Shown here piece by piece: positions 50,325 to 59,909 of a DNA stretch of 64,000 nucleotides (its first letter is position 1; each line of letters starts with the position of its first letter). The notes under the pieces are model-generated. The model saw nothing but the letters and a program-made list of their open reading frames with translations. It was not told the origin of the DNA and did no database searches. Both the position numbers and the translations under genes were made by a program. Source of the DNA: Vicinamibacterales bacterium (GTDB lineage Bacteria > Acidobacteriota > Vicinamibacteria > Vicinamibacterales > 2-12-FULL-66-21); NCBI GenBank assembly GCA_035492775.1, contig DATJIW010000078.1, forward strand, positions 46,318 to 110,317. The letters run 5' to 3'.

Positions 50325-52081
50325 CAGCTGGCCTGCAGCTCCTCCTCGAGCAGCTGTTTGCGGTGGAGCGCCGCGTAGAGTCCGTTGCGGCGCACGAGTT
50401 GGTCGTGCGTGCCGTGTTCGGCGATCCGTCCGTCGTCCAGGACGAAGATCTGGTCCGCCTCCCGCACGGTGGAGATCCGGTGCGCGACGATGATCGACGT
50501 GCGCTGGCGCATTACGGCGTGGAGGCGCGACAGGATCTCTTCTTCCGTGTAGGTGTCGACCGCGGAAAGGGCATCGTCCAGTATGAGAATGGACGGGTCG
50601 CCGAACAGCGCGCGGGCAATTGCCGTGCGCTGCTTCTGTCCGCCCGACAGCGTGATGCCACGTTCACCCACGGCCGTCTGGTACCCGCGCGGAAACGTCT
50701 CGACGTCCTTGTCGAGGCGCGCCACGGATGCGGCTTCGCGCACCAGCTCGACCGGCGCCCCGGCTTCCGGCGCCGAAAACGCCACGTTCTCCGCAATCGT
50801 GTCCGAGAAGAGAAACGGCTCCTGCGGGACGAAGCCGATCGCGCTCCGCAGCCGCTCGAGCGGAATTTCGCGGACGTCGACGCCGCCGATGAAGACCGTG
50901 CCCTTCGGCGGCTGGTGCATGCGCGGCAGCAGGCTGAGAATGGTGGACTTTCCGGAACCTGTCCCGCCGACGAACGCCACCGTCTGTCCCGCTTCGATGC
51001 GCAGGTTGATGTCACGCAGTACAGGTCGCTCGGAACCTGGATACGTGAACGTCAGGGACCTCAATTCGACCTCCCCGTCCATCCGCGCACAGCGGCCGTC
51101 CTCGGTGACCTCCGCATCGCTGATGGCGGGCTCCTGCCGCATGATTTCGAGCATGCGTTCCCACGACGCAAACCCGCGCTGCAGGATGTTCGTGACCCAG
51201 CCGAACGCGATCATGGGCCAGGCGAGCATGACCAGGTATCCGTTGAACGCGACGAACTCGCCGAGCGACATCTCGCCGCGAATGACCGCGCGGCTGCCGA
51301 GCCACAGCACCATGAGCGAGCCGAGCCCGAGGAAGAAGGTCATGCTCGGGTAGAACGCGCCCTGCAGCCGGATCAGCACTCGATTCCGTTCCAGGTACTC
51401 GAGATTCGATCGCCGGAAGCGCTCCTGCTCGTGCGCTTCCTGCCGGTAGGCACGGACGACGCGGACGCCGGCAAGCGCTTCCTGGACGACGGCGCTCACG
51501 TCCGAGAGCTGGGCCTGAATCTTCTCGAAGCGCTTGTGGATTGCGCTTCCGAAATATTTGACCGAGAGGGACACGAACGGCAGCGGAATCAGCGCGATGA
51601 GCGTCAAGCGCAGATCGATCGTCACCATCAGCGCGATGGCGACGACGAAAACGAGTACGGTCTGCGCCGAGTACATGACGGCCGGTCCGATCATCATGCG
51701 CACGGCGTTCAGATCGTTCGTCGCGCGCGACATGAGGTCGCCGGTGCGGCGCGCCTGGTAATACCCGAGGGGCAGCCGTTCGAGACGGGCGAAGAAGTCG
51801 TTCCGCATGTCGTATTCGATGTCCCGCGATGCGCCGATGACGATCCGGCGCATGAGGAACAGGAACACGCCGCGGACGAGCGAGATGCCGAGCAGCAGCC
51901 CCGCATAGAGCAGCAGCTTCTCGCGCGTCACGCCGAGATTGAGGTCATCGATCGCGTACTTCAGCACCCACGGCGACGCGAGCTGAAACGTCGTGGTAAG
52001 GAGCACGCATATGAAGCCTGTGACGAACGCGCGGCGGTAACGGATGACGTAGGGAAGCAGCGCGCGGACCGCAGCGGACAT
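50324..52081 (-). CDS. ABC exporter, fused permease/ATPase (MsbA/MdlB-like), subunit 1
   Basis: Six-TM domain, then GGTGSGKST, LSGGQKQRTAIARAL, ILILDDALS. A 1-nt stop/start overlap with subunit 2 suggests a heterodimer. Confidence 0.85.
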   Translation of the reverse strand: MSAAVRALLPYVIRYRRAFVTGFICVLLTTTFQLASPWVLKYAIDDLNLGVTREKLLLYAGLLLGISLVRGVFLFLMRRIVIGASRDIEYDMRNDFFARLERLPLGYYQARRTGDLMSRATNDLNAVRMMIGPAVMYSAQTVLVFVVAIALMVTIDLRLTLIALIPLPFVSLSVKYFGSAIHKRFEKIQAQLSDVSAVVQEALAGVRVVRAYRQEAHEQERFRRSNLEYLERNRVLIRLQGAFYPSMTFFLGLGSLMVLWLGSRAVIRGEMSLGEFVAFNGYLVMLAWPMIAFGWVTNILQRGFASWERMLEIMRQEPAISDAEVTEDGRCARMDGEVELRSLTFTYPGSERPVLRDINLRIEAGQTVAFVGGTGSGKSTILSLLPRMHQPPKGTVFIGGVDVREIPLERLRSAIGFVPQEPFLFSDTIAENVAFSAPEAGAPVELVREAASVARLDKDVETFPRGYQTAVGERGITLSGGQKQRTAIARALFGDPSILILDDALSAVDTYTEEEILSRLHAVMRQRTSIIVAHRISTVREADQIFVLDDGRIAEHGTHDQLVRRNGLYAALHRKQLLEEELQAS

Positions 52082-52148
52082 GGGCCTTCAGAATACCTCA
52101 GTGCGGTTCGGCGGCTCGGCGGTCGGCGCGAAACGCAGAAACGATCAC

Positions 52149-52177
52149 AAAAAAAGGCGGCGGGTTTCCCCGCCGCC
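52149..52177 (-). terminator. Rho-independent terminator of the TonB-dependent receptor gene
   Basis: Minus strand: GGCGGCGGG-gaaa-CCCGCCGCC followed by TTTTTTT (plus-strand A-run 52149-55; stems 52156-64 and 52169-77). Confidence 0.7.
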
Positions 52178-52217
52178 CTCCCCTCCTGGCGCGAATCCGT
52201 CGATTGCTCGATCGCTG

Positions 52218-55163
52218 CTAGAACTGAAACCGCGCGCCGAGCTGAAGTTTTCTCGGCGTATAGCTCGTGCTGTAGTCCGTGAGCACGAGGAACGTGGACG
52301 AGTTCTGGTTGCCCGCCGGATTCAGGAAGTTCGTCCGGTTGGTCAGGTTGAACACGTCCGCGGCGATCTCGAGCGTGCGCCCCGCCGTCAGCGGGAACTT
52401 GTAGCCGAAGCGCATGTCGAGTTGGAAGAAGCCCGGCCCACGCGCGCCGTTGCGTTCGCTCGTATAGTTCTTGACCGTGTAGGCGTTGGTGCCGTCACCG
52501 GAGTAGCTGCCGACGGGCAGCGGTTCGGCCTGGATGCCGTTCTGGTCCGGGTCGGTCGCGCTGTTGGTCAACGAAAACGGCGTCCCGCTCAACGCGCGCG
52601 CCACCCAGCTCAGGTTCAACCCGTGGGTGCGGGGAATGAGCGCGGTGCCGCTGACCGTAAAGTTGTTCGGGATGTCGAAGTCCGTCGGTCCTTGGTTCAG
52701 ATCCAGGTTCATCTCCTGGCCGACCTGGAAATTGCTGCCCGGCGCGCCATTCCCAGACGTATTGCCGCGCGAACTTCCATACGTGTAGGAGACCTGGGCG
52801 CTGTAGTTGTTGCTGAATCGCTTCTTCAGCTGCAGCATGATCGCGTCGTAATCGACGCGCCCGGTGTTCCGGTATTGATTCACGTTGCCGACAAACGGCC
52901 GCATCGTCGGATGCGTCTGCTGCAGCTCCGCAAACGCCTGGTCCAGTGCCGGACTGCCGATGCGAACGGGGCTCGACTGGTTCACATTGGGAGTCGGCCG
53001 ATGCAGCGGATTGAGATTCAGCACCATCAGCATGTCACGCTGACGGTTGTGCACGTAATCTCCCGATACGCTGAGGCTGTTCGCAATCTGCCGTTCGTAG
53101 CCGATTGTGTATTGATCGGTATATGGCGAATGCCGATCCGGATTGTCGAACACGACCGTGCCCGTGTTCTGCAGAATGCCGCCGCCGCCGAGCTGGTCCA
53201 GCAGTTCGTGATTGATGACCGGTCCGTTGATGAGGAACGGATCCGTCGGCAATTGGCCGTTCCGCGGCCCGAGGTCGGGGCCATTCGTCGGAGTGGTGAA
53301 CGTCGTCGATGTGACGAACGGCGTCGCGGTCCAGAGTCCGCCAATCAGCTCGAGATGCTGGCGTTCGTAGAAGCGGCCATATCCCCCGCGCACGACAGCG
53401 TCGCCGCCCCCCATGTCATAGGTCACCCCGAGACGCGGAGCGAAGTTGTTGCCGTCGAACGGCGACTTGTCGACGAACGGGTCGTCCGTCTCGGGGATCG
53501 GGAACTTCTCGAAGTCGTACCGCAGGCCGAGGCTCAGCGTCAGCCTGGGCGTGAACCGCCATTTGTCCTGGGCGAATCCGGCGAAATAGTGGATCTTTTC
53601 GTACGTCGTTGTCGTTCCCCCCAGGCGGATCGACAGTCGATCCGGATAGGTGCGCGGATCGGCCTGGTTGAACGGCAGATTGTTCAGACCGAACGAGAAG
53701 GTGCCGTTCGCATTGCCGTCGTTGAGATTGTTGGCCCCCGTGTACTCGTACTGCACGCCGACCTTGATGTCGTGGTCGCCGTGTTTATTGGGCACGAACC
53801 AGGCCAGGGTGTCATCGAGCTGGATCGCGTCGTCGATGCGCGCCTGCGCCGTGTTGTCCTGCTGGTCCGAGTACGTCTGATACGCCAGTGTCGGGTCACA
53901 CGTCGAGAGATCGCGTCCGTTCGTGTTGTAGCAGTGGTTCGCGAACGCGACGTTCTCGCGCGTCCACGTTACGCGCACCGTGTTGACCTTCGTATTCGAG
54001 AGCACGCTGTTGACGTTCGTGGAGAGCGTCTGATCGACGTCCGATTCCTCGCGCGCCGCGGCGACGGAGACGCGGCCGACAATCTGGTTCGTCTGCGGTG
54101 AACTCTCGCGCAGATAACGCACGCTGTACGTATTGTTGGGCGAGATCTGATGATCGCCGCGCGCGATCACGTTCCACACGCGGTCCTGCGTGGCCGTCGT
54201 GGTGCTGAGGTCCGGCCGCGCCGGGATGTTGATCGTGTTCGGTCGGTCGATCGCGAACCGCTCCAGGCTGAAGAAGTAGTGGAGTTTGTTCCTGACGACC
54301 GGCCCGCCGGCGGTGCCTCCCCAGCGGTCATACTTCGTATCGGCCTTCGGCAGGTCCTGCTGCTTGGCGAAGAAATCCGTTTCGGTCCACGCGCCGCGCT
54401 GGAAGTACCCGAATGCGCTGCCGTGCAGGGCGTTGGTTCCGGATTTCGTGACGGCGTTGACCACCGCGCCGGCGGTGCGGCCGAACTCCGCGTCGAACTG
54501 ATTGGTGATGACCTGGAATTCCTGGAACGCCTCGATCGGCGTGCGCGCCTGCATGCCCGCCCGCTGACCGATCACGTCGTCGTTGTTGTTGCCGCCGTCG
54601 ACGGCGTAGTTATTGTTGCGCGGATCCTGACCATTCACGCTGATCGAGTCCGAACCGAACGACTCCGTACTGATCGATGGGACGATGCCCGGCAGCAGCC
54701 CGACGAAACCAATGAAGTTCCCGTTGACACTCGGCAACTCGACCATCGTCTCGCTCGTGATGTTGCCGCCAATCTCCTTTGAGGTGACGTCCACGAGCGG
54801 GGACGCCGCCGAAACGTTCACCGTTTCCTCGAGCGAACCGACGTCCATCTTCACGTCGATCGTGGCGGTCTTGCCGACTTCGAGCACCAGTCCCTTGCGG
54901 TTGAACGTCTTGAAGCCTTGAAGCGCCGCAGTCACCTCGTACGTCCCGGGGGTTAGACCGCTGGCGATGAACGACCCGTCTGATCCGCTCTGGGTGTCGC
55001 GGAACATGCCGGTCGCCTGATTGCGAACGGTCACAGTCACGCCAGGAAGCACGGCTCCCTGGGCGTCGATTACTTTGCCACGAAGTTCGGTGGTGCCCTG
55101 CTGGGCGAAGGCAGGGATGGCGAGCAGGAGCGCGCACATCGCCCCAATCACACGGCGGAACAT
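52218..55163 (-). CDS. TonB-dependent receptor with N-terminal CarboxypepD_reg-like domain (Oar-like)
   Basis: Signal peptide MFRRVIGAMCALLLAIPAFAQQ. GKVIDAQGAVLPGVTVTVRNQATG...GSFIASGLTPGTYEV. Plug region, long beta-barrel, C-terminal ...LQLGARFQF. Confidence 0.85.
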   Translation of the reverse strand: MFRRVIGAMCALLLAIPAFAQQGTTELRGKVIDAQGAVLPGVTVTVRNQATGMFRDTQSGSDGSFIASGLTPGTYEVTAALQGFKTFNRKGLVLEVGKTATIDVKMDVGSLEETVNVSAASPLVDVTSKEIGGNITSETMVELPSVNGNFIGFVGLLPGIVPSISTESFGSDSISVNGQDPRNNNYAVDGGNNNDDVIGQRAGMQARTPIEAFQEFQVITNQFDAEFGRTAGAVVNAVTKSGTNALHGSAFGYFQRGAWTETDFFAKQQDLPKADTKYDRWGGTAGGPVVRNKLHYFFSLERFAIDRPNTINIPARPDLSTTTATQDRVWNVIARGDHQISPNNTYSVRYLRESSPQTNQIVGRVSVAAAREESDVDQTLSTNVNSVLSNTKVNTVRVTWTRENVAFANHCYNTNGRDLSTCDPTLAYQTYSDQQDNTAQARIDDAIQLDDTLAWFVPNKHGDHDIKVGVQYEYTGANNLNDGNANGTFSFGLNNLPFNQADPRTYPDRLSIRLGGTTTTYEKIHYFAGFAQDKWRFTPRLTLSLGLRYDFEKFPIPETDDPFVDKSPFDGNNFAPRLGVTYDMGGGDAVVRGGYGRFYERQHLELIGGLWTATPFVTSTTFTTPTNGPDLGPRNGQLPTDPFLINGPVINHELLDQLGGGGILQNTGTVVFDNPDRHSPYTDQYTIGYERQIANSLSVSGDYVHNRQRDMLMVLNLNPLHRPTPNVNQSSPVRIGSPALDQAFAELQQTHPTMRPFVGNVNQYRNTGRVDYDAIMLQLKKRFSNNYSAQVSYTYGSSRGNTSGNGAPGSNFQVGQEMNLDLNQGPTDFDIPNNFTVSGTALIPRTHGLNLSWVARALSGTPFSLTNSATDPDQNGIQAEPLPVGSYSGDGTNAYTVKNYTSERNGARGPGFFQLDMRFGYKFPLTAGRTLEIAADVFNLTNRTNFLNPAGNQNSSTFLVLTDYSTSYTPRKLQLGARFQF

Positions 55164-55290
55164 AAGCTGTCCTCCCCACGGCTTACGGTCTGACCGATTC
55201 AGTTTTGGAGTGCCGGAATCCCCATTCGTGGATCCGGCTGGCCATCAGGCTGGCAAGTGTCTCATCGTCGGACCTCTGCCGGATACCGCA

Positions 55291-55319
55291 AGTATACACA
55301 ACGGCTGATAGAAGCCCAA
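55291..55319 (-). promoter_or_regulatory. Candidate promoter of the TonB-dependent receptor (TTGGGC-N17-TATACT)
   Basis: Minus strand: TATACT (55296-55291) and TTGGGC (55319-55314) with a 17-nt spacer, ~125 nt upstream of ATG 55163 (SD GGGGAGGA). The GTATAC palindrome overlapping the -10 could be a GntR-type GT..AC operator. Confidence 0.35.
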
Positions 55320-55338
55320 CTCCAGACGGGTATTGGTA

Positions 55339-56052
55339 TCACGTCATCGAGATGCCGCTGACGTGGCCCCGCATCAGCGCGTCCTTCATCAGGCGGCTGC
55401 CGACATCGAGGTGTTCTTCCATGCGTCCGCGGGCGCCGGCGGGGTCGTGCGCCGCGATCGCTTCGACGATTTGACGGTGGGCCTCGGACGCGTTGTCCTG
55501 AAACGGCCCGAAGCTGACGCCGAGCGACATGAACCGATCGACCTGCGCGAGGCATCGCTCGATCAACTCGAGGGCGAGCCCGTTACGGGCCGCGCCGGCG
55601 ATTGCGAGATGGAACTGGACGTTGGCCACTTCCGATTCGCGATAACTCTGCGATGCGCGAATCGGAACCGCCGCCAGTCGCCGCAGACGATCGATTTCCT
55701 CGGCGGTCGCCAGCTCGGCAGCACGTGCCGCGGCCGCACCCTCGAGCAGCCGACGGACGTCGAACGTGTCGTGAATCTGCTGGACCGTGACGCGCGCCAC
55801 GAAATACCCGTGCCCGACGACACGCTCGAGATAGCCCTCCTGCCACAGGCGCGCGAGGCCCTCTCGAATAGGCGTGCGGCTCATCCCATGTTCAAGTGCG
55901 AGGGTGACTTCTGACAGAGGAGCGCCTGGACGGTATCGGCCTTCGACGATACCCGCCTTGAGGTTGCTGTAGGCGCGCTCGACATGCGGCGCCGGGCTGA
56001 GGCCGTCACGAGGCGAATCCGTGCGCCGCGGCGATCGTCCACGGGCCTTCAT
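55339..56052 (-). CDS. GntR-family transcriptional regulator (FadR/FCD-type C-terminal domain)
   Basis: wHTH LSEVTLALEHGMSRTPIREGLARLWQEGYLERVVGHGYFV, then a helical FCD-like effector domain. Directly upstream of, and co-oriented with, the TonB receptor. Confidence 0.8.
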   Translation of the reverse strand: MKARGRSPRRTDSPRDGLSPAPHVERAYSNLKAGIVEGRYRPGAPLSEVTLALEHGMSRTPIREGLARLWQEGYLERVVGHGYFVARVTVQQIHDTFDVRRLLEGAAAARAAELATAEEIDRLRRLAAVPIRASQSYRESEVANVQFHLAIAGAARNGLALELIERCLAQVDRFMSLGVSFGPFQDNASEAHRQIVEAIAAHDPAGARGRMEEHLDVGSRLMKDALMRGHVSGISMT

Positions 56053-56114
56053 AATGATCTACTCCCTGGGCGGCCAGAGTATACCGGCAGGATACGCAAG
56101 GGCAAATAATGAAG

Positions 56115-56197
56115 AACTCCCAATTCCCAACGCCCAATTCCCAAATTGGGAGTTAAGAATGAGAATTGGGGGTTGGGAGTTGGGAATTGGGAGTTGA
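56115..56197. repeat. Inverted TTGGGAR/YTCCCAA heptamer arrays in the gntR / OM-barrel divergent spacer
   Basis: AACTCCCAATTCCCAACGCCCAATTCCCAAATTGGGAGTTaagaatgagaATTGGGGGTTGGGAGTTGGGAATTGGGAGTTGAG. Shares the AGAATGArAATTGGG core with the 32841 locus. Confidence 0.8.
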
Positions 56198-56276
56198 GAA
56201 TGCTATCCTCAATAAGCCTTTCCCAGCAGGCTCCTGCGACCTGTTTTCCCAAAATCAACCGGGGCGAGAACCAGTC

Positions 56277-57119
56277 ATGCGCATACGTCCGCTTCCGATC
56301 GTCGTCTGCCTGTCTGCGCTGCTCGGCGCCGCGGCGCCCGCGGCCGCCCAGTACGGCGCACAGCCCATTTCGAACCGCGCGACCGGCGAAACCTATCACG
56401 TCGAGGCCGGCATCTATTTCTGGGATCCGACGCCGGACCTGGTGATAGCGAGTGAAGCTTTGGGCCAGATTGCCGACCGGATTGACTTCGTCAATGACCT
56501 TGGCATCGAGAAGAGCACGTTCCGGCAGTTCCGAATCACCGTGCGGCCGGGCACGAAGCACAAATTCCGGTTCGAGTTCACTCCCGTTCGGTATGAAGCT
56601 CAGAAGACGATCACCCGGACTTTCGTCTTCAACGGCCAGCGCTACACGATCGGCCTGCCGGTGTCCTCCGAGGTGAAATGGAACGCGTATCGCTTCGGTT
56701 ACGAATGGGATTTCGTCTATCTCGACCGCGGCTTCGTGGGACTGGTCCTCGAAACGAAATACACGGACGTCCAGGCGACGCTCAATGCAAACTTCGCCGG
56801 CTTCGCGGATACGGAATTCACGCACGCGAAAGCGCCGATTCCGGCGATCGGCATCACGGGCCGCGGCTACGTGACGTCGAACATCTCGATCACCGGCGAG
56901 TTCACGGGTTTCAAGCTGCCGCAGATCGGTTCGGACACGAGCGCTAACCGTTACAGCGGCAAGTACTTCGACTTCGACCTCTATGGAACGGTGAACTTCA
57001 CCAACAACTTCGGCGTTGATGCCGGGTGGCGCTCGTTCGATGTCGACTATCTGGCCAAGAGCGATTCCGGCACGCTGAAGCTCAACGGGTTCTACTTTGG
57101 CGGGAAGGCTCGATTCTGA
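56277..57119 (+). CDS. Outer-membrane beta-barrel protein, hypothetical
   Basis: Start ATG 56277 (MRIRPLPIVVCLSALLGAAAPAAAQ signal); alternating beta-strand pattern; C-terminal ...FYFGGKARF. The track N-terminus (MGVGSWELGV...) is translated repeat sequence. Confidence 0.6.
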   Translation: MRIRPLPIVVCLSALLGAAAPAAAQYGAQPISNRATGETYHVEAGIYFWDPTPDLVIASEALGQIADRIDFVNDLGIEKSTFRQFRITVRPGTKHKFRFEFTPVRYEAQKTITRTFVFNGQRYTIGLPVSSEVKWNAYRFGYEWDFVYLDRGFVGLVLETKYTDVQATLNANFAGFADTEFTHAKAPIPAIGITGRGYVTSNISITGEFTGFKLPQIGSDTSANRYSGKYFDFDLYGTVNFTNNFGVDAGWRSFDVDYLAKSDSGTLKLNGFYFGGKARF

Positions 57120-57131
57120 ATTCAGCGCGGC

Positions 57132-59909
57132 TCAGTTCAGCCTCACCCAGGCGCCGAGGAATCGGGAATCCCTGCTCCCCTGCTCCGACGGACGGAAGCC
57201 AGACGACGAGCGCAACTGCACAAGTGCGGCGCCGCGGGACGCATCCATCGGCACCTGAAGGTCGCGCGTTTCACCGGGAGCGAGCGCGACCGTCTGATGC
57301 CAGGAGCCCGAGACGACGTCCAGCTCGTTCGACACCGGCGCGTTCCGAACGGTGAGCCTGACGACGGACGAGATCGCGTCGGGTGCCACGACGATCGACG
57401 TGGATCGGGCGCCACCCACCCAGAAGCCCGATGGCTCCGCGAAGGCACGGTCGTCGAGGAAATACACGATCGACCCGTCGTAGCGCACAGCGCGTCGCGC
57501 GGGCTCGCTCGTGAGGCGGTCGCGGGGGTCGAGCAGCCGCAACGGATGAAGCACCACGCGATTGATCGCATCGCGCGCCTGTTCGTCGACGCGGACCACG
57601 ATCGACGGCACGTCGACGGGGAGCCGCAGCGTCACACCTGATTCGAGCACCGCCAGCGGCTGGGTGAGGATCGCGAACTGATCCTGCGCGATCCCGGCCA
57701 TCAGCCATCCATCGCTGCGCTGCGCGTCGATCGAAAGCCGGTAATCGCCCGCAGGAACCCCCGGCAGGATCGCCAGCGGGCGGCCGCCGCGCGGACCCGG
57801 ACGGGCGTGGGATGACGACACGTCGGCGGCGATCGACATCGAAGCGACGTAGTCTTCACGCGAGACGACTTTCTTCCCCCGCACGTCGACGACGATCGGC
57901 CTCGAAGATATCGCCCGAAGGGCCGCGAGCTGCGACGGCGCGGCGCGGAGCGGTGTTGCGCCCGTCGCCTGCCACACGATTGTTGCGCTGGCCATGATCA
58001 TCGCGGCGGCCGACCACGTGACTGCGGCCGCCAGATGCCCCTCGCGCAAACGTGAGCGCCGCATCACGAGCACGATCAGGGCTGCGCCGGCTATCCAGGG
58101 GATTGCCGCGAACATTCCTGCGCGCGCAGCGGCATGCCGTGCCTCGACGGCTGTGCCGATCGGCAGCGGCACGAAGCCGGGAAGCGCCGATGGAAGATCC
58201 ACGGCGCGGCTCGCCCACTCCGCCCATGGTGCGGCCGTCGCCCCCGATTCGTTGCGCGAGTGGTATGCCAGACGGCCGCCGCCAACGCCCACCATCGCCG
58301 CGGAAAGCCAGACACTCACGGCGAGCGCGGCAATCATCACCGCGCGCATCCCGGGGCGCCTCGATGTCTCCGCCCAGGCCTGCGCCGCCGGAAGCGCGAG
58401 AGGCAACACGAGCGGCACCAGGAATCGCGCAGGCCCGCTCCACCCTGCCCACCACATCGCGAATGTCGCGACGGCCAGCAGATATGGAATCCCGACGACC
58501 GCATATTCGAGGGCGAAACGCCGAAGGCGCGTGAATCCCACCAGCGCAACCGTGAGGACCGGCGCGGTGACCAGCAGCCCGAATCCCTGGTCGAAGAACA
58601 AGCCGCCAATCCCATTGGACAGATAACTGAACGAGTTCTGCGCCTGCCGTCCGTACGGCGCCGACGGATCCGGCATGCCGTAGACAATCACAAAGAAGAA
58701 CAGCCACGACAGCGCGCTCGCGGCCGGCACGGCCAGAAACGCGATCGCCTTCGCAAGCGGGTTCGGGGTGCGCGACAGGCGCAGCAGCACCAGACCGCCA
58801 AGCGTCGCCGCGATCACCGCGAACCGCGTGTGCATCCACGGGAGCAGCGCCAGCGCGGCGCCGTGAAGGAACCACGGCATCCATCGTTCGCTCCGCGTGC
58901 GGCGTTCCCAGTCCGCGCGCATGAGCGCCCACACTCCGGTAAGCACGACGCCCGCACCGGGACCATCGGGATAGACCGTGAAGGTTTCCACCAGAAACGG
59001 CGCTGACAGCGCAACTGCCGCCCATCCGAACCATGCAGCCGCAGCGCTGTCCGTGAGCCGCCATGCGAGCCACCACGCCAGCGCCGACGCCGCGGCCGCC
59101 GCAAGCAGCAGGAACACGACGACCCCGTGATAGCCCGCGACCGCGAACGCCGGCAGCACGAGCGCCGGCACACCCGGGGCGTGAATCGAATAAATCTCGC
59201 CATTGCGGCCGCGCTGCACGTAGTCGGGATTGAGGTCGCCGGCGAAGTACGCGTGGTAATCCCCGCGGCGGTGGTTGTTCTCGATCTTCAAATCGTGGTC
59301 GTACAGCAGGCTCTGCGTGATGACGAGATAGTGCGGCTCGTCACCCCCGGGAAGCGATGGCGACGCAAACCACGCCGCAAGCGCAAACAGAACGAACGAG
59401 ACGACGCCGGCGCGGAGACATTGTCTCGATGGCGGCGTCGCGTTGACGGTGAGGATGTCGCGACGCGTGACGGCCATCACCCCGAGGGCGCATCCCATCC
59501 ACACGAGGCCGAGCATCGGGCCCGTCCAGATGAGGAACGCGGGCGGAACGCGGAACGGAATCCACGGCAGGAGCACGAGCGCAAGCGGCGAGATCGCGAC
59601 GAGCACGCCGCGCGCGCGCCCCGGCCGCCAGGCAGCGGCGCCCGCGAACACGCCGACGATCAACGCGAGCGCCAGGTGCCACAGATCGATCGGCACCAGC
59701 GCCGCACGGCCCTGTCCGTCCGCTGTCAGCGCGAACGACGCGAACGACAGCCAGGCCGCGACGGCGACGATCGCGGCGGCGCACACGGCAGGCAATCGCG
59801 ATGACGGTAGAATGACGGCAATTCTACATGGACGACCGTTCGGACCTGCGGCTTCGCGAAGCCGTGACGGTCTGCCTGGCAGGCCTCGCGCTCGCGGTCC
59901 TGATGACAT
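57132..59909 (-). CDS. Large polytopic membrane protein, GT-C-like N-terminal region + ~300-aa C-terminal extracytoplasmic domain
   Basis: Up to 925 aa; more than 12 hydrophobic helices over ~620 aa with an acidic first-loop motif (PGGDEPHYLVITQSLLYDHD), then a soluble beta-rich C-terminus. Start uncertain: in-frame TTG 59795 or GTG 59786 would remove the 82-nt overlap with the divergent gene. Confidence 0.6.
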   Translation of the reverse strand: MSSGPRARGLPGRPSRLREAAGPNGRPCRIAVILPSSRLPAVCAAAIVAVAAWLSFASFALTADGQGRAALVPIDLWHLALALIVGVFAGAAAWRPGRARGVLVAISPLALVLLPWIPFRVPPAFLIWTGPMLGLVWMGCALGVMAVTRRDILTVNATPPSRQCLRAGVVSFVLFALAAWFASPSLPGGDEPHYLVITQSLLYDHDLKIENNHRRGDYHAYFAGDLNPDYVQRGRNGEIYSIHAPGVPALVLPAFAVAGYHGVVVFLLLAAAAASALAWWLAWRLTDSAAAAWFGWAAVALSAPFLVETFTVYPDGPGAGVVLTGVWALMRADWERRTRSERWMPWFLHGAALALLPWMHTRFAVIAATLGGLVLLRLSRTPNPLAKAIAFLAVPAASALSWLFFFVIVYGMPDPSAPYGRQAQNSFSYLSNGIGGLFFDQGFGLLVTAPVLTVALVGFTRLRRFALEYAVVGIPYLLAVATFAMWWAGWSGPARFLVPLVLPLALPAAQAWAETSRRPGMRAVMIAALAVSVWLSAAMVGVGGGRLAYHSRNESGATAAPWAEWASRAVDLPSALPGFVPLPIGTAVEARHAAARAGMFAAIPWIAGAALIVLVMRRSRLREGHLAAAVTWSAAAMIMASATIVWQATGATPLRAAPSQLAALRAISSRPIVVDVRGKKVVSREDYVASMSIAADVSSSHARPGPRGGRPLAILPGVPAGDYRLSIDAQRSDGWLMAGIAQDQFAILTQPLAVLESGVTLRLPVDVPSIVVRVDEQARDAINRVVLHPLRLLDPRDRLTSEPARRAVRYDGSIVYFLDDRAFAEPSGFWVGGARSTSIVVAPDAISSVVRLTVRNAPVSNELDVVSGSWHQTVALAPGETRDLQVPMDASRGAALVQLRSSSGFRPSEQGSRDSRFLGAWVRLN

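Noticed and set aside
52080-54101. 673-aa plus-strand ORF
   Set aside because: It is antisense to the TonB-dependent receptor. It has an R/V/D-rich composition and no start context.
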